A stretch of DNA of 64,000 nt from an uncultured Chloroflexia bacterium (GTDB lineage Bacteria > Chloroflexota > Limnocylindria > Limnocylindrales > CSP1-4). The translations under genes and the position numbers were made by a program. Positions within the stretch are counted from its first letter, which is position 1; the number at the start of each line of letters is the position of its first letter. Of the stretch, positions 57,561-64,000 are shown piece by piece. The notes under the pieces are model-generated. The model was not told the DNA's origin. It did not search any database and saw only the letters and a program-made list of their open reading frames with translations. The stretch is from NCBI GenBank assembly GCA_963720755.1, contig CAVRGP010000011.1, positions 64,001 to 128,000 on the forward strand. The letters run 5' to 3'.

Positions 57561-58973
57561 TTGCAGAACGCATCGGTCGGCGTGCGGCGCGTCCTTGGAC
57601 GCCTGCGTCGATCTCGAGAAAGCCGTGTACCGGCCGTCGGCAAGCGGCCATCGCAGCAGATCGTCAGCCGCGACCACCTCGGTCGGCGGCTCCGGACGCT
57701 GGCGACGGCTTCCCGCCTGGCACCACGGCATCCCGACCAGCTGACTGAGCGTCCGGCGGGTCAGCCCCACTCCTCATGGCTCGGGCGGATCGGACACGAC
57801 CACGTCCTGGCCGTGGCGGTCGCGGCGGTCCTGCTCGGCGCATCGGTTGTCAGCGTTTCGGCCGGGGTATCAGCGCCAAGCACAGGGAACACAGACGGAG
57901 GCGGCATCGCGCCCCGGATCGCGATCGGCGGCGACGCCGGCGGAGCGCTCGAAGGCGATGGTGGCGCATCCGGATCCACGGCCGGGGCCGATCTCACCGG
58001 TGATGTCGCCTTCGGCGCACCAGACCCGACGGGCCTGAACGACGCCCAATTCGCCGCCATCGGCCTCGGGAATACCGCGGCGAGCGGAGCCGACAGCCAG
58101 TCTTCCAACGTCGACAGCCTGTTCATCGACGATGGCACGCTGGTCAAACCGGTCGCCGTCGATACGTCCGTGCCGGACGGAAGCGAGCTGGTCCAGACGT
58201 ACAAGGTGAAGTCGGGAGACACCCTCGTCGGCATCGCCTCGAAGTTCGGCGTATCGATGATGTCGGTCTGGTGGGCCAACGACCTCAAGAACAAGGACGA
58301 CCTGAAGATCGGCCAGGTCCTGGACATCCCGCCGGTGAACGGCCTGATCGTCACGATCGCGGCGACGGACACGCTCGACGCACTGGCCGCGAAGTACCAC
58401 GTCAATACCGAGGACATCCTTGCCACGAACGGGCTTGACGACCCGAACCTCGTGGTCGGCCAGGTCCTCGTCATCCCCGGCGCAAGGGGTGCGCCGATCC
58501 CGACGCCGAAGCCCACGCCCAAGCCGAAGACGGTCGCCCGATCGACGAGCCACAGCAGCTCCGGGAGTTCGCGCCCGCCAACGACGTATTCGGGCGGCAA
58601 GATGCTCTGGCCGGTCGTCGGCGGTGGCAACTACATCAGCCAGTACTTCCACACCGGTCACTACGCCATCGACATCGCCGCGACCTATGGATCGACCGTG
58701 CGGGCGGCGGCGAGCGGGACGGTCGAGTTCGCCGGCTGGAAGAACAACGGCGGCGGCTACCAGGTCTGGATCGCCCATGGATCCGGGCTGTACACGACCT
58801 ACAACCACATGTCGGCCATCACCGTCGGCGCCGGCCAGCATGTCGGCCGCGGCCAGCAGGTCGGACGGATCGGACAGACCGGTGACGCGACCGGCCCACA
58901 TCTCCACTTCGAGGTGTGGCGCGGACCGGTCTGGAACGGCGGCGTACGGGTCAACCCGCTCCTGTATCTGTAG
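57561..58973 (+). CDS. LysM-domain M23 peptidase
   Basis: Two LysM repeats (YKVKSGDTL..IA), HYAIDIA, YNHM, TGPHLHFE; TTG start with AGGAG SD. Confidence 0.9.
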   Translation: MQNASVGVRRVLGRLRRSRESRVPAVGKRPSQQIVSRDHLGRRLRTLATASRLAPRHPDQLTERPAGQPHSSWLGRIGHDHVLAVAVAAVLLGASVVSVSAGVSAPSTGNTDGGGIAPRIAIGGDAGGALEGDGGASGSTAGADLTGDVAFGAPDPTGLNDAQFAAIGLGNTAASGADSQSSNVDSLFIDDGTLVKPVAVDTSVPDGSELVQTYKVKSGDTLVGIASKFGVSMMSVWWANDLKNKDDLKIGQVLDIPPVNGLIVTIAATDTLDALAAKYHVNTEDILATNGLDDPNLVVGQVLVIPGARGAPIPTPKPTPKPKTVARSTSHSSSGSSRPPTTYSGGKMLWPVVGGGNYISQYFHTGHYAIDIAATYGSTVRAAASGTVEFAGWKNNGGGYQVWIAHGSGLYTTYNHMSAITVGAGQHVGRGQQVGRIGQTGDATGPHLHFEVWRGPVWNGGVRVNPLLYL

Positions 58974-59045
58974 GGTCCGACCGGCCCGTCAGACCGGCAT
59001 CGCCTGCCGAAGGCTGCACGCGCCCGCCATGCGAGAATGGGTCTG

Positions 59046-60335
59046 ATGTTCCTCGACCGCGTGAAGATCTGGGTCCGCGCCGGTGATGGTGGCGACGGGG
59101 CCGCGACCTTCCGGCAGGAGGCGCACGTCCCACGAGGAGGCCCCGACGGCGGGGATGGCGGTCGAGGTGGCTCGGTCTACCTTCGCGTCGACGCGGGCCA
59201 GACCACGCTTCGCGACTTCAATCATCGGCATCATTTCAAGGCGACCCCTGGCGGTCGCGGCACCCGGGCACGTCGTCACGGCAAGGCCGGCGATGACCTG
59301 ACCCTCGACGTCCCGCCCGGGACGGCTGTGTATGACGACGAAACGGGTGCGTTGCTCGCGGATCTGGTCGCGGTCGGCCAGACGGCGATGGTCGGCAGGG
59401 GCGGCCGTGGAGGACTGGGCAACACCCACTTCAAGACCTCGACCCACCAGGCCCCCAAGCACGCGCAGAAAGGCGAGCCCGGGTCCGAGGCGTGGATTCG
59501 ACTGGAGCTTCGGCTGATCGCCGACGTCGGGCTCGTCGGACTGCCGAACGCCGGCAAGTCCACGATCCTTGATGCCCTGACGGCGGCCACGCCCAAGATC
59601 GCCGATTACCCGTTCACGACCCTCGAACCGAACCTCGGCGTGCTCGAACTCGATGACGAGCGTCGTCCCACGATCGCCGACGTGCCGGGCCTCATCGAGG
59701 GCGCCAGCAGCGGGGCGGGTCTGGGACACGCGTTCCTCCGCCATGTCGAGCGGACGCGGATCCTCATCCACGTGGTCGATGGCGCGGGCCGGGATCCCGA
59801 GTGGGACTACGACGTCATCCGGGAGGAGTTGCGTGCGCACGACCCGGCCCTGCTCGAGAAGCCGATGCTCGTCGCATTCAACAAGGTGGATCTGCCCGCC
59901 GCGGAGGAGGCATGGCCGGCATTCCAGCGGGCGCGTCAGGCCGAAGGTGTGGAGACCATCGCCATCTCGGCGGCCCTTGGGGAGGGTCTTGGGGCGTTCC
60001 GCGACCGGATCGGGGACCTGCTCCCGGATGCCGCCGAGATGGGCGAGCCCCCGGAGCCGACCGGCGTCGTCGTCCACAGGATCGATGCCATGGGTGATGG
60101 CTTCTCGGTCGAGCTCGACAGCGACGGGGCGTTCCGGGTCCGCGGCGCTCGGATCGAGCGGATCGCCGCCCAGACGAATTTCGATGTCGAGGAGTCGGCC
60201 GAGCGGTTCCAGCGAGAGCTGGCCCGGTTCGGGATCGATGACGAGCTGCGCCGAGCCGGGATCGCTGCCGGTGACACGGTCCGGATCGGCGGGACCGAGC
60301 TCGAATGGGAGGCGCAGCCCTGGGAACGGACGTGA
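59046..60335 (+). CDS. obgE: GTPase ObgE/CgtA
   Basis: MFLDRVKI, GGPDGGDGGRGG, GLPNAGKST, YPFTT, DVPG, NKVD; C-terminal OCT domain. Confidence 0.97.
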   Translation: MFLDRVKIWVRAGDGGDGAATFRQEAHVPRGGPDGGDGGRGGSVYLRVDAGQTTLRDFNHRHHFKATPGGRGTRARRHGKAGDDLTLDVPPGTAVYDDETGALLADLVAVGQTAMVGRGGRGGLGNTHFKTSTHQAPKHAQKGEPGSEAWIRLELRLIADVGLVGLPNAGKSTILDALTAATPKIADYPFTTLEPNLGVLELDDERRPTIADVPGLIEGASSGAGLGHAFLRHVERTRILIHVVDGAGRDPEWDYDVIREELRAHDPALLEKPMLVAFNKVDLPAAEEAWPAFQRARQAEGVETIAISAALGEGLGAFRDRIGDLLPDAAEMGEPPEPTGVVVHRIDAMGDGFSVELDSDGAFRVRGARIERIAAQTNFDVEESAERFQRELARFGIDDELRRAGIAAGDTVRIGGTELEWEAQPWERT

Positions 60336-60988
60336 TCCATGGGCCGCGGCCGATCGTGGCGGGTTCGATCGGCGTCTTCGGCGGGACGTTCGATCCGATC
60401 CATTTCGCTCACCTGGCGGTCGCTGAGGAGGCGGCCGAGATCCTCGGCCTCGAGTCCGTCCTGTTCGTCCCGGCCGGGGTACCACCGCACAAGCAGGGCC
60501 GCCGGATCTCCGCGGCTGAGGATCGCCTGGCCATGGTCGAACTTGCGATCGCCGGTAACGAGCGGTTCCGGACCAGCCGCCTGGAACTCGATCGCGCCGG
60601 GCCGTCATACACCGTCGATACGCTGGAAGCGCTGCACGCCGCGGCGTCGGCCGACGAGGTGGCCGCGGATGTCACCCTCATCGTGTCGGCCGAAGCCTTC
60701 CTCGGGCTGATGACCTGGCACCAGCCGCAGCGCATCCTCGAGCTGGCCCGGATCGCGGTCGCGCCACGGGACGGCTACCCGGATGCCGGGCCGGCGTTCC
60801 TCGCGACCCACCTGCCGGACCAGGCAGCGCGCGTCGTCTTCCTCGATTCGCCCCGGATGCGGCTGTCGGCGAGCGAACTCCGCGCCCGGTCCGCGGCCGG
60901 CCGATCCCTGCGCTACCTCGTCCCGGATGCGGTCGCGGCCTACATCGGCGACCATGCCCTGTACCGGAACCCAAGGAGGAACCCCTGA
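60332..60988 (+). CDS. nadD: Nicotinate-nucleotide adenylyltransferase
   Basis: GVFGGTFDPIHFAH, PPHK, SYTVDTL, SASELR. Confidence 0.95.
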   Translation: MIHGPRPIVAGSIGVFGGTFDPIHFAHLAVAEEAAEILGLESVLFVPAGVPPHKQGRRISAAEDRLAMVELAIAGNERFRTSRLELDRAGPSYTVDTLEALHAAASADEVAADVTLIVSAEAFLGLMTWHQPQRILELARIAVAPRDGYPDAGPAFLATHLPDQAARVVFLDSPRMRLSASELRARSAAGRSLRYLVPDAVAAYIGDHALYRNPRRNP

Positions 60989-60990
60989 TC

Positions 60991-61425
60991 GTGACCGAAC
61001 CCGTCCAGTCCGCCGACACCGCGAATGCTCCGAGCGCCGATGGCCTGCCCCAGCGCGCCGGGGCTGCCCCTGCCGCCGAACGCCCGCCGCTGGATCTGGC
61101 CCGCCGCATCGTCGAGCTCGCGGAGGACAAGAAGGCCGCCGACATCGTGCTGCTGGACCTCGCCGGCCTGACGACCATGGCGGACTACTTCGTCATCTGC
61201 TCGGGTGGATCGGAACGTCAGCTCGAAGCGATCGCGAGCGGGATCATCGCCAGCCTTCGCGATGAGAAGGTCCGCTCCATCGGCCGGGAGGGGACTGCCG
61301 CATCGCACTGGATCCTGGTCGATTTCGGGTCCGTGATCGTCCACGTCTTCACGCCGCCGGAGCGCGAGTACTACGGCCTCGAGAAGCACTGGTCTGGCGC
61401 CCGGACGATCCTCAGCGTCCAGTAG
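60991..61425 (+). CDS. rsfS: Ribosome silencing factor
   Basis: DKKAADI, DYFVICSG, WILVDFGSVIVHVF, REYYGLEKHW. Confidence 0.95.
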   Translation: MTEPVQSADTANAPSADGLPQRAGAAPAAERPPLDLARRIVELAEDKKAADIVLLDLAGLTTMADYFVICSGGSERQLEAIASGIIASLRDEKVRSIGREGTAASHWILVDFGSVIVHVFTPPEREYYGLEKHWSGARTILSVQ

Positions 61426-61493
61426 CGGGTCCGGGGGTACGGGGTACCGTCGGGTCATGTCAGCCGACGCGGCGGTACTCCTAGCATCACCGC

Positions 61494-61748
61494 ATGTCCG
61501 CCGTTCGCGATCGTTGCCCCGTCTGCGCCCGCCGTCTCATCACGACTCGGTTCGATACGACGTTCCGTCTGTCCGATCGCACCGAGCGGCTGTGCTTCGG
61601 CATCCCCGGCGGCCTGTGCGAGGACTGCTCGCAGTTGTACATCGATCCGGACCTGATCGAGTTGCTCGATCTCGGCGAGAGCCGGTGCGTGTTCGCGATC
61701 GAGAGTGACCTCGTGGTCCAGGAACAGGCCTGGTCGTCCGCGGACTGA
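61494..61748 (+). CDS. Small zinc-finger protein (YgiT-type-like)
   Basis: CPVC...IPGGLCEDC..LYID; leaderless TAGCAT-N6-ATG. Confidence 0.65.
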   Translation: MSAVRDRCPVCARRLITTRFDTTFRLSDRTERLCFGIPGGLCEDCSQLYIDPDLIELLDLGESRCVFAIESDLVVQEQAWSSAD

Positions 61749-61751
61749 CGG

Positions 61752-62837
61752 TCAGCCGCCGACCGGTCGGCCGCCGCCGACGTGATCCATCACCCACAGG
61801 CTGAATGACAGGCGTCGCTGGGCTTCGTCGCGCTCCCATCCGGGGACGCCCTTCACCATCGCATCGAGATCGACGAGGCCATCGAGCGCGGCGACCAGAC
61901 CGTCCACGGTCCACGTCCGGGCTTGATCGCGCAGGCGCTCCATCCGGAACTCGCTGCTGACGCCCATCGCCTTGCCGATCGCCGACAGCCGTTCTCCGTC
62001 GGCAAGCCGGTCGGCCGTTTCGATGAGCTCCCGGATCCGCCGGTGGAGGACTGCCAACAGGACAGGTTCCGGGGTCGTATCGAGCAGGCGGTCCAGCCAT
62101 TCGAGCGCCTGCTCGGTCCGTCGCGATCCGACCGCGTCCGTGAATGCCCAGATCGACCCCGGGACGGCCTCGGCAACGAGCGCCCGGACATCGTCCGGAC
62201 CGATCGGCTCCGAGCCCCGGTAGAGCGCCAGCTTGTCGAGCTCCATCGATGCGATCCGCGTGTGCTGGGTCCGTTCCGTGTCTCCCTCCGTGACGAAGCC
62301 GCCGACTCGTTCGGCCAGCGTCTTCGCGGCCCCCGGCACGAGGACCAGGCCTCGGTCGCGAGCCTCGGCTTCGATCCATCCCGCGAGAGCGCCGGCCTTG
62401 GGCGCCTTGAATTGGCGGACGGTGCCCCCCGCCGCCGCGATCGCGTCGGCGAGGCGCTTTGGCGCCGGCGCCCGCGCGGCGCCGTCGGCGGAGCCGAGGA
62501 TGACCAGGGCGTTGCCGGGCGCGATGAGGGTGAGGGCTGACAGGAAGGCATCACGATCCTCGGTCCGAACGACCAGGCTGCCCGAGTTGGACACGATCGC
62601 CAGGGTCCCCCCTCCGAACATCACCGGTGTCGCCAACCGGCTATTGAGCTGGGCGACGAGCCCGCCGGCGCCGCTTCGCTCGCCGCGCAGCGCCCACCGG
62701 TCCATCGGGGCGCCGTCCGAACCGGTCAGGCTGTCCGCGAAGCGGTCGACGGCGCGCGCCATGGACAGTTCGTCGTCGCCCCAGAAGAAGGCGAGTGGCG
62801 TCGGGGAGGCACCCTCCGGCCGCCGGGTGGCTGTCAT
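61752..62837 (-). CDS. holA: DNA polymerase III subunit delta
   Basis: FFWGDD, PVMFGG, ELDKLALY, IWAFTDAV, DAMVKG; canonical position after comEC. Confidence 0.85.
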   Translation of the reverse strand: MTATRRPEGASPTPLAFFWGDDELSMARAVDRFADSLTGSDGAPMDRWALRGERSGAGGLVAQLNSRLATPVMFGGGTLAIVSNSGSLVVRTEDRDAFLSALTLIAPGNALVILGSADGAARAPAPKRLADAIAAAGGTVRQFKAPKAGALAGWIEAEARDRGLVLVPGAAKTLAERVGGFVTEGDTERTQHTRIASMELDKLALYRGSEPIGPDDVRALVAEAVPGSIWAFTDAVGSRRTEQALEWLDRLLDTTPEPVLLAVLHRRIRELIETADRLADGERLSAIGKAMGVSSEFRMERLRDQARTWTVDGLVAALDGLVDLDAMVKGVPGWERDEAQRRLSFSLWVMDHVGGGRPVGG

Positions 62838-63999
62838 CGACTCGATGGTACCCGACGGTCGAGCCACGGCCCAGGACCTCGTCGCCGCCCGGGTCGGCGG
62901 TCCGGGTCGCGATCGCTTCGGCGGACCGTGGTGGTTCGGGGAGAAGGCCCGTGACCGGGACGGCGCACAGGAAGCTGGGAGCCCGGGCCACGGTCGAGGC
63001 GCTCACCGCCAGTGTCGCGGAGATCGGATCCCCGACGACCGGGACCGTTGCCGCGGCGCGAACCGGCCCGACGCCCGTCGCCGTGCCGCGGCCGCCCTCC
63101 AGGCGCGTCGTCATCTCGTCCCCGATGAACCCGACCACGACCGTCCCATCGTCGTCGGTTCGCAGGACGCGGGCCCCGGATGCGGCCAGTCGCTCGAGCG
63201 TCGATCTGGCTGGGTGGCCATACGGGTTGCCGGCGCCTGCCGACGCCACCGCGACCGTCGGCCGGGTCGCGTCGATGAATGCCTGTGTCGTGGCGGTCTT
63301 GCTCCCGTGGTGGGCGACCTTGAGGAGGTCGACGTGAGGCAGTCCCTCCTTGATCAGGGATGGGTCGATCTCTTCCTCGACGTCACCCATCAACAGGAAG
63401 CGGCGGGTCCCGACCTGGCCGAGCAGAACGACCGAGACGTTGTTGATGCCCGTGCCGCCGTCGGGTGGCCTCGTGGGGACCTGCCCCCGGATCGGCCACA
63501 GGACGTGCAATTCGACCTCGTCCACGGCCAGTCGGTCGCCGGCGGCGAGGCTCAGCCGTACGGGCGATCCGGGTCGTTCCAGGTCGCGTAGCCAGGCCGC
63601 GTAACCGGGACCCGGGCCGACCATCCCCGGCTCGAAGACGCGCGTCACCCGATAGCGCTCGAGGAGGAGCGCCAACCCGCCGACATGATCCTCGTGCGGG
63701 TGACTCAGGATGACGGCGTCGATCCGCCGGTCCCACGGTGGGATCCGTCGGTCGAGCGCGACGAGGAGTCGGTCCGGATCCGGACCGCCGTCCACGAGTA
63801 GCCGACCTCCTCGCGATCCCTCGACCAGGATCGCGTCACCCTGGCCGACATCGAGGATCGTCACCCGGACGAACGCTCCGGGTCGGGCCGCGACCACCGC
63901 GCCGGCCACCAGCATCGAGACGACCAGGCCGATGGCACTCGCCCGGCTGGCGGCGCGTGCCAGGCTCGAGTGTGCCGCCGAGGCGGGCCGAATCGTCGT
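62641..63999 (-). CDS. comEC: ComEC/Rec2 competence protein, C-terminal MBL domain (5'-truncated by window edge)
   Basis: LDVGQGDA, SHPHEDHVGG, NNVSVV, GDVE, KVAHHGS, NPYGHP, RTDDDG. Confidence 0.92.
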   Translation of the reverse strand, partial: TTIRPASAAHSSLARAASRASAIGLVVSMLVAGAVVAARPGAFVRVTILDVGQGDAILVEGSRGGRLLVDGGPDPDRLLVALDRRIPPWDRRIDAVILSHPHEDHVGGLALLLERYRVTRVFEPGMVGPGPGYAAWLRDLERPGSPVRLSLAAGDRLAVDEVELHVLWPIRGQVPTRPPDGGTGINNVSVVLLGQVGTRRFLLMGDVEEEIDPSLIKEGLPHVDLLKVAHHGSKTATTQAFIDATRPTVAVASAGAGNPYGHPARSTLERLAASGARVLRTDDDGTVVVGFIGDEMTTRLEGGRGTATGVGPVRAAATVPVVGDPISATLAVSASTVARAPSFLCAVPVTGLLPEPPRSAEAIATRTADPGGDEVLGRGSTVGYHRVDDSHPAAGGCLPDATRLLLGRRRTVHGARRRPLRGQPDRFGRRPDGPVGAARRAKRRRRARRPAQ

Positions 64000-64000
64000 G

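Overview
High-GC bacterial chromosomal segment of mostly core genes. Gene content suggests Chloroflexota, possibly Limnocylindria-like (inference only). From left to right it carries: (1) a selenocysteine-dependent, NAD-linked formate dehydrogenase module (fdhD, Fe-S subunit, NuoEF-like subunit, Sec-containing catalytic subunit with in-frame UGA and SECIS) next to the full Sec machinery (selD, selC tRNA-Sec, selA, selB) and mobA; (2) hydrolases, transporters and a DNA-repair neighbourhood (SbcD/Mre11-like nuclease, SMC-like ATPase, stand-alone polynucleotide-kinase domain, photolyase); (3) a pentose-phosphate operon (tkt-rpiB-pgi-gnd-zwf-opcA-pgl) ending in an alpha/beta hydrolase and citrate synthase; (4) pseudouridine catabolism genes, a vapBC-type TA pair, pyrG, transaldolase, nagA, rho, a LysM/M23 peptidase, obgE-nadD-rsfS, holA and partial comEC. 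The most notable unexplained signals are a ~181-nt highly base-paired non-coding RNA candidate (28626-28806) with its own sigma70-type promoter and an upstream DnaA-box-like cluster, repeated apparent CUG starts at CUGA stop/start overlaps, and pervasive leaderless promoters. No CRISPR, integrase or transposase was seen. All calls come from reading the sequence by eye; no searches were run.
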